From assembly GCA_902468695.1 (NCBI GenBank), contig CABQZS010000067.1, positions 1 through 48,116 of the forward strand: 48,116 nucleotides of DNA, in the 5' to 3' direction. The notes below the pieces were generated by a model that saw nothing but the letters and a program-made list of their open reading frames with translations, had not been told where the DNA came from and ran no database searches. Position numbers and translations under genes: made by a program. Source of the DNA: an uncultured Collinsella sp. (GTDB lineage Bacteria; Actinomycetota; Coriobacteriia; Coriobacteriales; Coriobacteriaceae). Below, one piece after another: positions 9,222 to 18,150 of the stretch (position 1 is the stretch's first letter; each line of letters begins with the position of its first letter).

Positions 9222-10322
9222 GTGGAATACCTCGAAAACCCGTTTACCCCTAGCTTTGGCGAAGTTCCTGCCCATCTCGCCGGCAGACAACAGATTATTC
9301 GGGATTTGGACCGTGCCTTCTTGAGCCAGCGCAGGCGCCCAGAATTGACCTCGATCTTCTCAGGCGCGCGTGGAACCGGTAAAACCGCTCTCATGTCGTC
9401 GCTCGCGACAAGGGCGGAATCCCACGGCTGGATTGCCGTAAAGACGACCGCGCTCCCGGGAATGCTTGAGGAAATCGAGCTCGGGGCGAAACGTGCTGCC
9501 GGCCATCTTATCGACCCGTCCAACCACTTCGAAGTCACCGGTCTCGGAATTGCACCGCTCGGCAGCATCGAGGTCAGTCGCGTTCACGATGCCTCAACCT
9601 GGCGTTATCGCATGAGCGACATCATCGACCAGCTCAACGAGGCGGGCACCGGTCTGCTCGTCACGGTTGACGAGGTGGACCCGACACTCGACGAGATGAT
9701 TCAGCTCGCAGCGACGTATCAGCACTTTGTGACCGATGGGAAACGCGTCGCCCTGCTCATGGCGGGACTTCCCAACAACGTATCGACGCTACTGAACCAC
9801 AAGACGGTCTCGTTCCTTCGCCGCGCCCAACAATATCATCTGGGTCGCATTGCCGACTATGACGTACGCGAAGCCTTGATTCGCACAATCCAGGAAAACG
9901 ATCGCCTGGCAGACGCTGAGGGAATCGATAGAGCCGTTCGCTCGATCTCTGGTTTTCCCTTCCTATTGCAACTCGTAGGCTACCGTGCCTGGGATCTCAC
10001 AAGCGATTCGAAGGAAATCTCGTCGCGCGACTTTGACCTGGGAATCAAAATCGCGCGCGACGAGATGGACGACCGAATCCTCGCGGCAACCTATCGGGAA
10101 CTCACTGCGGAGGACAAACGATTCCTCATCGCCATGCTCGACGACGAGGAAGAGTCCACCACCGCTGACCTTGTCGAGCGCCTTAAGCGTTCGCCGCAGC
10201 AGGTCTCCCGCTACCGACGCCGCATGATAGATGCCGGCATCATCGGAGAACGAGGACGAGGGCTCGTCGCATTTGAATTGCCATTCTTCCGCGACTATCT
10301 CGCGGCTCAATGCGTGAAATAG
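9222..10322 (+). CDS. AAA-family ATPase with C-terminal winged HTH
   Basis: NPFTPSFG..P..LAGR, Walker A GARGTGKT, Walker B VTVDE, GFPFLLQLVG, C-terminal wHTH-like region; AAGGAGG RBS with GTG start. Confidence 0.88.
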   Translation: MEYLENPFTPSFGEVPAHLAGRQQIIRDLDRAFLSQRRRPELTSIFSGARGTGKTALMSSLATRAESHGWIAVKTTALPGMLEEIELGAKRAAGHLIDPSNHFEVTGLGIAPLGSIEVSRVHDASTWRYRMSDIIDQLNEAGTGLLVTVDEVDPTLDEMIQLAATYQHFVTDGKRVALLMAGLPNNVSTLLNHKTVSFLRRAQQYHLGRIADYDVREALIRTIQENDRLADAEGIDRAVRSISGFPFLLQLVGYRAWDLTSDSKEISSRDFDLGIKIARDEMDDRILAATYRELTAEDKRFLIAMLDDEEESTTADLVERLKRSPQQVSRYRRRMIDAGIIGERGRGLVAFELPFFRDYLAAQCVK

Positions 10323-10326
10323 GCAT

Positions 10327-10361
10327 CAATGAGGCAAAGGGGCTGTCCCTTTGCCTCATTG
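10327..10361. repeat. REP-like palindrome, family A copy 2 (between convergent stops)
   Basis: CAATGAGGCAAAGGGGCTGTCCCTTTGCCTCATTG. Confidence 0.75.
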
Positions 10362-10362
10362 T

Positions 10363-12876
10363 CTATAGATAGCGGCCGGTAATGCTCTTGGAGCAGGCCA
10401 CGATGTCGCCCGGCGTGCCAGCGCAGACGATTTGCCCGCCGGCATCGCCACCGCCTGGGCCCATGTCGATCACATAATCGGCGTTACGGATAAGGTCGAG
10501 ATCGTGTTCGATCACGATAACCGTGGCGCCCTTGGCAACGAGGCCATCGAACACACTCAGCAGTACCTGAACATCGAGCGGATGTAGGCCGATCGTGGGC
10601 TCGTCGAACACGAATACGGCATCGTCCTGCACACGGCCCATCTCGCTCGCAAGCTTTAGACGCTGCGCCTCGCCGCCCGAGAGTGCCGGCGTGGGCTCAC
10701 CGAGCGTAAGATAGCCCAAGCCCAGGTCGCGCAAGGTCTGCAAGCGCGTCTGCACCTTTTTGAGTCCCACCGTGGCATCGAGGGCTTCGTCCACACTCAT
10801 GTCCATGAGCTGCGGCAACGTAAGCAGGCTCCCGTCCTTGCCCTCACGATGGATATGCGAAGCCGCGTCTGCATAACGTGAGCCGCGACATGCCGGGCAG
10901 ACGATCTCGACATCGGGCAAAAACTGCACGTCAAGCGATATCGAGCCCGTGCCGTCGCACGTAGGGCAGCGCAGGGCACCGGTGTTGTAGCTAAAGGCAC
11001 CCGCCTTGTAGCCGGCTGCCTTGGCCTCGGGCGTACGGGCGAAGGCGCGGCGCAGCTCATCATGGATGTCGGCATAGGTCGCTACCGTCGAGCGCACGTT
11101 GGCGCCGATGGGCGTGGCGTCAATCAGGTTTGCGCGGACAATACCCTCGGCATCGATCCAGCGCACGTGCCCCGGCAGGCGCTCGCCGGCTGCCTGCGCC
11201 TTAAGTGCCGGGATGAGCGTCTCGAGCACCAGCGTCGTCTTGCCCGAACCCGAAACGCCCGTTACCGCGACAAGGCGGCCGCGCGGGATATCGACTTCGA
11301 GCGGCTTGACGGTATGGATGGCATCGGTTGCCATGCGGATGTGGCCCTGATCGAACATTTCCTCGTCAGTCACCTGCGGACGCGAGCGCTTGGGCTCAGC
11401 GCGCAAAAACGGCGCGATACGGCTGCCCTGCGATTGTTCGACCTCGTCTACCGTACCAGCGGCGATTACGTTGCCGCCGCCTGCTCCAGCAACGGGGCCC
11501 ATCTCGACCAGATAATCAGCCTCCGCCAGCACGCGCGTGTCGTGGTCGACAACGACCACGGTGTTGCCGTCATCCACCAGATCGCGCATCACACCTACCA
11601 GGCCGTCGACATTGACAGGATGCAAGCCGATCGAGGGCTCGTCCAGCACATAGAGCACACCCGTCGATCGGTTGCGCACCACGCGGGCGAGCTGCACGCG
11701 CTGGCGCTCACCCGTGGAGAGCGTGGCACCGGCGCGGTCGAGTGAAAGGTAATCGAGGCCCAGATCGACCAGACGACGGGCCGTGCTCAAAAACGAATCG
11801 CAGATATCCGTCGCCATGGGCTGCATCTCGGCTGGCAAGGATGCGGGCACCCCGCGCACCCACTCAACCGCATCACCAAGCGTCATGGCCGCGGCCTGCG
11901 CCAGATTGATACCGCGCACCTGGGACTGGCGCGCAACCTCGGAGAGACGCGTGCCGCCACAGTCACGGCATGGCCCCTCGCGCAAAAAGCGCGCAACGCG
12001 CTTGAGGCCCTTGTCGTCCTTAACCTTGGCGAGCGCATTCTCAACGGTATAGACGGCGTTGTAATAGGTAAAGTCGAGCGGCGTGGCACCCTCGCCGTTT
12101 TTGGGAACGTAGAGAATATGCTTCTTAACCGCCGGACCATGGAACACGATGTCGCGCTCTTGAGGCGTGAGCTGGTTAAACGGCACGTCGGTGCGCACGC
12201 CCATCTCGCCGGCCACCTGCTTCATCAGATCCCACATGAGCGTGCCCCAAGGAAGCACCGCGCCCTCGTTGATAGTCTTTGACTCGTCGGGCACCAGGCT
12301 CGCCTCGTCCACCTCGCGCATAACGCCGGTGCCGCCGCAGGTGGGACACGCGCCACCGCTATTGAAAGCCAAATCCTCGGCACTCGGCGCGTAGAACTCG
12401 CGGCCGCACGTCGGACACGTGAGCGATAGGCCTGCTGCCACGTTAAGGCTCGGCTCCACACGCTCCCCGCAATGCGGGCACACATGATGGGCGCAACGGC
12501 TAAAGAGCAGACGCAGGCTATTGTTAAGCTCGGTCATGGTGCCAAAGGTCGAGCGCACGCCCGGTACGCTGGGGCGCTGGTGCAATGCGAGTGCCGCCGG
12601 CACATGCAGCACCTCGTCCACCTGGGCGTGCTCGGCCTGCGTCAGACGACGGCGGGTATAGGTGCTGAGCGCCTCCAGATAGCGGCGCGAGCCCTCGGCA
12701 TAAAGAACTCCCAGCGCCAGCGAACTCTTGCCCGAACCCGACACGCCGGCAATACCCACGAGCTTTCCCAGTGGAATATCGATATCGATGTCCTTGAGGT
12801 TGTGTACACGTGCGCCACGCACCTCGATAGCCTGCGGGCTCATCTTCTGTTCCGTCACCTTTATCACCCTACTCAT
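10363..12876 (-). CDS. UvrA-family protein (short, class II / UvrA2-like)
   Basis: GARVHNLK, two Walker A GVSGSGK(S/T), LSTGE and LSGGE signatures, CxxC zinc fingers; 837 aa, shorter than canonical UvrA; start could be 12843. Confidence 0.88.
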   Translation of the reverse strand: MSRVIKVTEQKMSPQAIEVRGARVHNLKDIDIDIPLGKLVGIAGVSGSGKSSLALGVLYAEGSRRYLEALSTYTRRRLTQAEHAQVDEVLHVPAALALHQRPSVPGVRSTFGTMTELNNSLRLLFSRCAHHVCPHCGERVEPSLNVAAGLSLTCPTCGREFYAPSAEDLAFNSGGACPTCGGTGVMREVDEASLVPDESKTINEGAVLPWGTLMWDLMKQVAGEMGVRTDVPFNQLTPQERDIVFHGPAVKKHILYVPKNGEGATPLDFTYYNAVYTVENALAKVKDDKGLKRVARFLREGPCRDCGGTRLSEVARQSQVRGINLAQAAAMTLGDAVEWVRGVPASLPAEMQPMATDICDSFLSTARRLVDLGLDYLSLDRAGATLSTGERQRVQLARVVRNRSTGVLYVLDEPSIGLHPVNVDGLVGVMRDLVDDGNTVVVVDHDTRVLAEADYLVEMGPVAGAGGGNVIAAGTVDEVEQSQGSRIAPFLRAEPKRSRPQVTDEEMFDQGHIRMATDAIHTVKPLEVDIPRGRLVAVTGVSGSGKTTLVLETLIPALKAQAAGERLPGHVRWIDAEGIVRANLIDATPIGANVRSTVATYADIHDELRRAFARTPEAKAAGYKAGAFSYNTGALRCPTCDGTGSISLDVQFLPDVEIVCPACRGSRYADAASHIHREGKDGSLLTLPQLMDMSVDEALDATVGLKKVQTRLQTLRDLGLGYLTLGEPTPALSGGEAQRLKLASEMGRVQDDAVFVFDEPTIGLHPLDVQVLLSVFDGLVAKGATVIVIEHDLDLIRNADYVIDMGPGGGDAGGQIVCAGTPGDIVACSKSITGRYL

Positions 12877-13987
12877 GCCATAAAACGCGGTCGCGGATGT
12901 ACTCGCCCAGCATGGGCACAGTAAACCGGACGAGACCGTATCCGGCAGCCTCGATGACGCGCTCGCGAATCAGGCTTGCGCGATATTTACTCGCCCAGCT
13001 CTGGGTACGATCACAGCGCTCAATGATATCCGCCATGCGCGTCGGTTTGTCCTCGTCAACCGCCATGGCCTCGATAAAGAGGCGCTGTGGACTGCGCAGC
13101 CCGTAATACAGGGGCGCGTCAACCGCTTCGTAGAACTCGGAGACGGCATCCGCATGGCCATCCTCGACATCGCGCCTTTCGATGACCTGCGAGCTACGCC
13201 GGACAGCAGACCGCCACATGTAATATCCCACCAGCTGAACCATATAGGGATGCCCCATGCTCTTGCGCGCCGCAAGGTCCGCCCTCTCCGCGTCAACGTA
13301 AAGACCAGCGTCTTTGACCGTCTGGATATATGAATCGCGCACCTTGGGCAAAGATATCGCCCCCAGCGTACGCTGCTGGGCGCGGCGCAAAAACGTCACG
13401 CTCGGCTCTTCGAGCAGATCGTCAACCATACTGGGCAAGCCGGCAAAAACCAGCGCAAGACCGCGCTGGTCGCTATCGGGTAATCCCGTGGCATCCTGGT
13501 CTCCGAGCACCTGCTGATAGAGAACGGCAAGAGCCGCCAGTTCCTCGATAGACGCCGATTGCGCCTCGTCAATCGCAAACAGTATGCCCTTGCCTGGACC
13601 GAGCTTCTTAAGGCGCTCGTTGACCAGCCCTCGCAAACTCTCGCCCTTTGCTCGCGCCGCCTCGACCGACATCCGGCCAAACGAAGGACCGAACTCCATT
13701 GACGTCACAACGGGTTTATTCGAGCGAAGCGCGTCGGCCAAGCGGTCGCATAAGCCAAGCGAAGCGGAATCGGAGACAACCGCCCATCCGCGCTCGCTGG
13801 CCAGACGTTGCAGCTCCCGCAGGAGAACCGTCTTGCCGCAGCCGCGGTTTCCCGTAATGAGCATGAGCCTGCCCGGCGCTCCGGCGCCGTTATCGAGCCC
13901 TTCCTCGAAATCTTCGATGACCGACTCGCGACCGATGAGCATCGGAGGCCGCTTGCCAGCCGTGGGCTTAAAGGGATTTGGATTCAT
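12869..13987 (-). CDS. AAA-family ATPase with C-terminal winged HTH (paralog of 9222..10322)
   Basis: NPFKPTAG..P...IGR, GNRGCGKT, FAIDEAQ, TFLRRAQQ, GHPYMVQLVG; GAGGAGG RBS. Confidence 0.88.
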   Translation of the reverse strand: MNPNPFKPTAGKRPPMLIGRESVIEDFEEGLDNGAGAPGRLMLITGNRGCGKTVLLRELQRLASERGWAVVSDSASLGLCDRLADALRSNKPVVTSMEFGPSFGRMSVEAARAKGESLRGLVNERLKKLGPGKGILFAIDEAQSASIEELAALAVLYQQVLGDQDATGLPDSDQRGLALVFAGLPSMVDDLLEEPSVTFLRRAQQRTLGAISLPKVRDSYIQTVKDAGLYVDAERADLAARKSMGHPYMVQLVGYYMWRSAVRRSSQVIERRDVEDGHADAVSEFYEAVDAPLYYGLRSPQRLFIEAMAVDEDKPTRMADIIERCDRTQSWASKYRASLIRERVIEAAGYGLVRFTVPMLGEYIRDRVLWHE

Positions 13988-14021
13988 GTCGGCCTCCTCG
14001 GATTGGCAAACCCTGGTAATA

Positions 14022-14051
14022 GTTATACCAACTTATACCGAGTTATACCAA
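14022..14051 (-). repeat. Three tandem 10-bp repeats upstream of the second AAA ATPase
   Basis: GTTATACCAA CTTATACCGA GTTATACCAA on the + strand. Confidence 0.8.
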
Positions 14052-14054
14052 TAG

Positions 14055-14087
14055 CATGTGACAAAGAAACTGTCCCTTTGTCACATG
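14055..14087. repeat. REP-like palindrome, family A copy 3 (contains the GTPase stop)
   Basis: CATGTGACAAAGAAACTGTCCCTTTGTCACATG. Confidence 0.75.
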
Positions 14088-16084
14088 TGGCCGAAAAACT
14101 CGGCGTCTGCTGCTCGCCAAGGGCGGAAGGTGGCGGGATCGATCTTTACGTGCGCCGCGGCAGGCACGTCGTACCATTTGACCGTGTAACCGGCACCATG
14201 AGAGCAAAAGACCGAATCGGGCGTGTTGGGCAGATCGGCCTCAGGCTCATAGGCGGCCGTCTCGATGACGCGCTCGGCATCATGGCAAGCCGCATAACCG
14301 GCGAACTCCAGGTACAGATGACCGCGACCGCTTGTGTAGGCGGCCACCTCCAGCGCGTAATCCTGCACCTCGGATGCCGGTACGCGGCCCACAAGCTTCG
14401 CCCGGTCGCCCGCCATCGTCGGCGGCTCGTACTCGGCACCCATGCGCGTGGCATCCGAGAGCGCCCGGCCCACGCACTCCCCCGGCACCTCGAGCTCAAA
14501 GCGATACCACGGTTCCAACAGTACCACCGCACCGGCCTCGCGCGCCTGCATCAAACCCTGGCGAATCGCGCGGTACGTGGCCTGGCGAAAATCGCCACCC
14601 TCGGTATGTTTGGCATGCGCACGGCCGCCCGTGAGCGTAATGCGCACATCGGCGATGGGCGAGCCGGTCAGCACGCCCAGGTGATCGCGCTCCATGGCGT
14701 TGGTGAGTGCCAAACGCTGCCAGTTAAGATCGAGCTCGTCGGTCGAGGTCACGGTACCAAACTGCACGCCCGAACCCGCTGGCAACGGCTCCAGGCGTAG
14801 ATGCACCTCGGCATAGTGGCGCAGTGGCTCAAAGTGGCCCACGCCCTCGACCGGCTGCGAAATAGTCTCCTTATAGAGAATGCCGCCAGACTCAAACGCA
14901 ACCGAAAGGCCAAAGCGATCGGCCAACACCCGCTGCACGACCTCGAGTTGCACGGCGCCCATCAGCTGCAGGTGAATCTGCTCCAGATGAGTATTCCAGC
15001 TTACGCCGAGCATGGGATCTTCGTCCGCCAGCTCAGTCAGTGCTTTGAACACCGCATGGACATCGTGTTCGCCTGGAAGCACCGTATAGGTGAGGACCGG
15101 CGCAATGACGGGCGCATCGCCCGCGGGCTCCGCGCCCAGGGCGTCCCCCGGGCGAACGTGCGCAAGACCCGTCACGGCACAAATACCGCCAGCAGCAACT
15201 TCTTGGGCAAGCTCATACTTTTCGCCGTTATAGATGCGTACCTGATCGACCTTCTGCTCCCATGCCTCGGCGCCGGAACGTCCGTTAATCAGCTGTTTGG
15301 CATGCAGCGTGCCTCCGGTCACTTTAACCCATGCCAAGCGCTCGCCGCGATCCCCGCGGCTCACGCGGTAGACGCGGGCGGCAAACTCCGGAAGCCACGC
15401 CTGTTTGCGCATCAGCGCGCATATGCCATCCAGCAGCTCGTCCACGCCTTGGTCCTTGAGCGCCGAGCCGGCAAAACAGGGAAAGAGCTTGCGCTCGGCA
15501 ACCATGCGCGACAGCGTTGCGCCAGAAAGCTCACCCGTCTCAAGAAACTCCTCGAGCGCCGCCTCGTCCAACGCAGCAGCGTCCTCCTGAACGTTGCCGC
15601 CCGCCAACAATTCGTTGGCATCCAGGCAGCCTTCGGAAAGACGCTGCCCAAGCTGTGCCAGCAAAACATCGCGGCCGGGATTCTCCAAATCGATTTTGTT
15701 GATATAGATGAACGTCGGAATATCATAGCGCGCAAGCAGGCGCCACAGGGTTTCGGTATACCCCTGCACGCCGTCGTTGGCACCCACAACCAAAATCGCG
15801 TAGTCGAGTGCGCGCAATGTACGCTCCGCCTCGGCAGAAAAATCGACATGCCCTGGTGCATCCACAAGCATGACGCGGGTATCGCCGTGGTCGAGCACGG
15901 CCTGCGACGAGAAGATCGTAATGCCGCGCTCACGCTCGATCGCGTTCGTGTCCAGATGCGAATCGCCATCGTCCACGCGGCCGCGCTTGCGAATGCGACC
16001 CGCGTTGAACAGCATGACCTCGGCCAACGTGGTCTTGCCGGCATCGACATGCGCCAAGATTCCAACGACCGCTTGCTTCGACAT
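14081..16084 (-). CDS. EF-G/TetM-like translational GTPase (resistance function not implied)
   Basis: GILAHVDAGKTT, ERERGITI, DAPGHVDF, NKID; EPLRHYAEVH and HTEGGDFRQAT subfamily motifs; GAGGAG RBS before ATG 16084. Confidence 0.88.
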   Translation of the reverse strand: MSKQAVVGILAHVDAGKTTLAEVMLFNAGRIRKRGRVDDGDSHLDTNAIERERGITIFSSQAVLDHGDTRVMLVDAPGHVDFSAEAERTLRALDYAILVVGANDGVQGYTETLWRLLARYDIPTFIYINKIDLENPGRDVLLAQLGQRLSEGCLDANELLAGGNVQEDAAALDEAALEEFLETGELSGATLSRMVAERKLFPCFAGSALKDQGVDELLDGICALMRKQAWLPEFAARVYRVSRGDRGERLAWVKVTGGTLHAKQLINGRSGAEAWEQKVDQVRIYNGEKYELAQEVAAGGICAVTGLAHVRPGDALGAEPAGDAPVIAPVLTYTVLPGEHDVHAVFKALTELADEDPMLGVSWNTHLEQIHLQLMGAVQLEVVQRVLADRFGLSVAFESGGILYKETISQPVEGVGHFEPLRHYAEVHLRLEPLPAGSGVQFGTVTSTDELDLNWQRLALTNAMERDHLGVLTGSPIADVRITLTGGRAHAKHTEGGDFRQATYRAIRQGLMQAREAGAVVLLEPWYRFELEVPGECVGRALSDATRMGAEYEPPTMAGDRAKLVGRVPASEVQDYALEVAAYTSGRGHLYLEFAGYAACHDAERVIETAAYEPEADLPNTPDSVFCSHGAGYTVKWYDVPAAAHVKIDPATFRPWRAADAEFFGHM

Positions 16085-16158
16085 GGCTCTCCTCTTATTG
16101 CAAGCCCATCGCACGCGGCAACGGGCGTTCACGTTCCACACTGGATGATACAATTTAC

Positions 16159-16308
16159 GGGCCGGCGGGCGAAGCGGGCCCTATCCCCCGACCGAGCTCA
16201 TCGCCCCGCGTTGCCGCGCGGCGATTTTCGTAGGTTCACGCCTTGCGAAAGCCGGCTTTCAAAACAGCGCAGTAAACGAAAATGGCCCCACCCGGGGCCA
16301 TTTTCGTT
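16159..16308 (+). ncRNA. Candidate structured small RNA
   Basis: Extended -10 TGATACAAT (16146-16154); 5' GGGCCGGC pairs with GCCGGCTT, closing three internal hairpins; terminator at 16275-16308. Confidence 0.4.
16275..16308. terminator. Bidirectional intrinsic terminator
   Basis: AACGAAAATGGCCCC-accc-GGGGCCATTTTCGTT. Confidence 0.8.
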
Positions 16309-16338
16309 CGCGCGAATTATTGATACGCACCCTCGCCC

Positions 16339-16830
16339 TTATGCCTCACGCAGCCAGTCAAACGCAACACGCGGCGTGCCGTCCGACACATGCACGACAC
16401 CGGCACGCTCAAACCCTGCCTTAATACTCGCGCCCCGCATGGGCAGGTTGTCCCGATGTGTATCGATACGCAGGTGGTCGGCACGCTCTTTGGCAAAGGC
16501 GAACATCGCAGCCGCGATACCGTGCACGGTGCCGTCGGATGCCACACGGTGCAACACGGCGTACGGAGTATCGCTGCGCCATTGCCCGTCCTCAATTACG
16601 TCATAGCACTCGTCCGGACCCGGCAAAAAGGCAAACGTCGCCACCACGCGACCGTCGACTTCGCACACATAGCTGCCACCGGCGGCAATATCGGCAGCCA
16701 GCTGCTCGGCCGAAGGCGTGCCCTCGGGCCACTGCGTGGCGTTGCCATGCGCGCGCATAAAGGCGCGGGCCGTGTCATAGATAGCCATAACAGCGGGAAT
16801 GTCGGTATCGAGGGTTTTTCTGATCATCAC
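16339..16830 (-). CDS. GNAT family N-acetyltransferase
   Basis: AR.FM...GN..QW, VLHRVAS, RIDTH.DN.PM...GF...G. Confidence 0.88.
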   Translation of the reverse strand: MMIRKTLDTDIPAVMAIYDTARAFMRAHGNATQWPEGTPSAEQLAADIAAGGSYVCEVDGRVVATFAFLPGPDECYDVIEDGQWRSDTPYAVLHRVASDGTVHGIAAAMFAFAKERADHLRIDTHRDNLPMRGASIKAGFERAGVVHVSDGTPRVAFDWLREA

Positions 16831-16898
16831 GCGGCGACCTCACGTTTATTGGTATCACTTTGATTGAGCAATGATACCAACGTTTGGAGAGGGGCGCG

Positions 16899-17201
16899 AT
16901 GCAGATGGGGAGCAAAAAGCGAGCCGCCTGGTCAAAGGCCAAAAGCGAGTTTTTGGGCGCTGCCACCGGCGGCGATATGAGCGACCTGTTTGCGCGCGAA
17001 GACGAGCGCCGCGATGCCCTGAACGCCGAGCGCGATGAAGCCTGGCGCTACAAGTCGTGCGAACGCAAAAACCGTTACGACACGCGCGCCGAGGCCGAGG
17101 CCGTTATGGCCGACTGCGAAAACCGCGGGCGGCGCGGCTTAGCCTGCTACAAATGCGAATACTGCGGCGGCTGGCACCTGACGTCGCACCCTTGGAAATA
17201 G
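16899..17201 (+). CDS. Small hypothetical protein with a C-terminal putative Zn-binding motif
   Basis: GGAGAGG RBS; CERKNRY.TR.EA ... YKCEYCGGWHLTS. Confidence 0.75.
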   Translation: MQMGSKKRAAWSKAKSEFLGAATGGDMSDLFAREDERRDALNAERDEAWRYKSCERKNRYDTRAEAEAVMADCENRGRRGLACYKCEYCGGWHLTSHPWK

Positions 17202-17238
17202 GCTCCCCATTGGCGCAATGCCGGCCATTGCGCACGGG

Positions 17239-17943
17239 CTATGGACGCGGCGGCACCAACACATCGTAACGAACGGCCTTGCCCGCAAGCTGATAGCTCG
17301 GCTTAACGCCGGCAAGCAGTGGCCCCTTCACCGGCCGCTTGATAACGACCTTGCGCGGGTGCACCGCAAGCGCGGCTTCGACCAGCGTCTCCTCATCGGC
17401 GCACGGCTGTTCCAGATGATGCAAGAGTTGGAACTTCTTTTTCACCGCCGCGCTCTTGGTGCGCCCGGGAAACATGGGGTCCAGATATACCACGTCGGGA
17501 GCGGTGAGCTCGCCCTGCCCGATCAGCTCAGCTGTATGGCGAAGGCCGGCAATGCTGTCCTCGCCCGCATGTAAGCGCATGCGGGCCACGGCTGTCGCAA
17601 GCGCCGGATCATCTGCCGCGCGATCCAGGGCATCCTTGAGGAGCGCCGCGATCACGCAATCCTGCTCATACAGATCGACGGTAAAACCCGCGGCCGCCAG
17701 CAGCAGCGAATCCTCGCCAAAGCCTGCCGTGGCGTCAATCGCCCATGGGCTCTCGATGCCTTTTGCGCGCGCAGCCTTTACCAGCAGCTCTTGCTGCAGA
17801 CGGCCCTGCTTGAGCCGCGGAAGCATGCGAGTAAAATCGGCACGCAGTTCCATCGTGCCGTCGGTGAGCGTGAGGCCCTCGGACGTCCCGGTCAGCTCAA
17901 GCCCCGCGGCCCGAGCAATAGAAAAGGGATCGACGACGTCCAT
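17239..17943 (-). CDS. RsmJ/YhiQ-like SAM-dependent methyltransferase
   Basis: IDATAGFGEDS, VYLDPMFP, RKVVIKRP, RYDV; AAGGAG RBS. Confidence 0.85.
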   Translation of the reverse strand: MDVVDPFSIARAAGLELTGTSEGLTLTDGTMELRADFTRMLPRLKQGRLQQELLVKAARAKGIESPWAIDATAGFGEDSLLLAAAGFTVDLYEQDCVIAALLKDALDRAADDPALATAVARMRLHAGEDSIAGLRHTAELIGQGELTAPDVVYLDPMFPGRTKSAAVKKKFQLLHHLEQPCADEETLVEAALAVHPRKVVIKRPVKGPLLAGVKPSYQLAGKAVRYDVLVPPRP

Positions 17944-18006
17944 GGGTACTCCTTAACAAGCAAAACGAATACGTGAGCGCCGTTTATGTCGGCACCCAAC
18001 CGTCCG

Positions 18007-18150
18007 CTATTGTCCCACATGCGACATGGCCCACAGCATCCCAATGCAAAGCACCGCCATCAATCCCGTGCACACGGCAGCGATCACAGAATCACCCATG
18101 CGCCTTCCCAACGACCGCGGCCCATGCACTTGCCCTGCTCCGTACATCAT
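18007..18150 (-). CDS. Small membrane protein, 47 aa (absent from the ORF track)
   Basis: AAGGAGGAG directly before ATG ATG; MMYGAGQVHGPRSLGRRMGDSVIAAVCTGLMAVLCIGMLWAMSHVGQ* with one TM helix. Confidence 0.6.
   Translation of the reverse strand: MMYGAGQVHGPRSLGRRMGDSVIAAVCTGLMAVLCIGMLWAMSHVGQ

Noticed and set aside
14081..16084. Bona fide tetracycline-resistance gene (tetM/tetW)
   Set aside because: It shares only the GTPase-family motifs; host-like GC and subfamily motifs point to the chromosomal TetM-like GTPases of unknown function.
16159..16265. Canonical tRNA, tRNA-Sec or SRP RNA
   Set aside because: No proper anticodon arm, a non-canonical T-loop, no CCA end and no SRP GGAAGGAAGCAG motif; kept only as an unclassified ncRNA candidate.
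14801..16606. 601-aa + strand ORF (also 25736..27325, 45590..47206, 24059..25555, 4324..5661, 36723..37970)
   Set aside because: Antisense shadows of well-supported genes, typical of GC-rich DNA, with no recognisable motifs.
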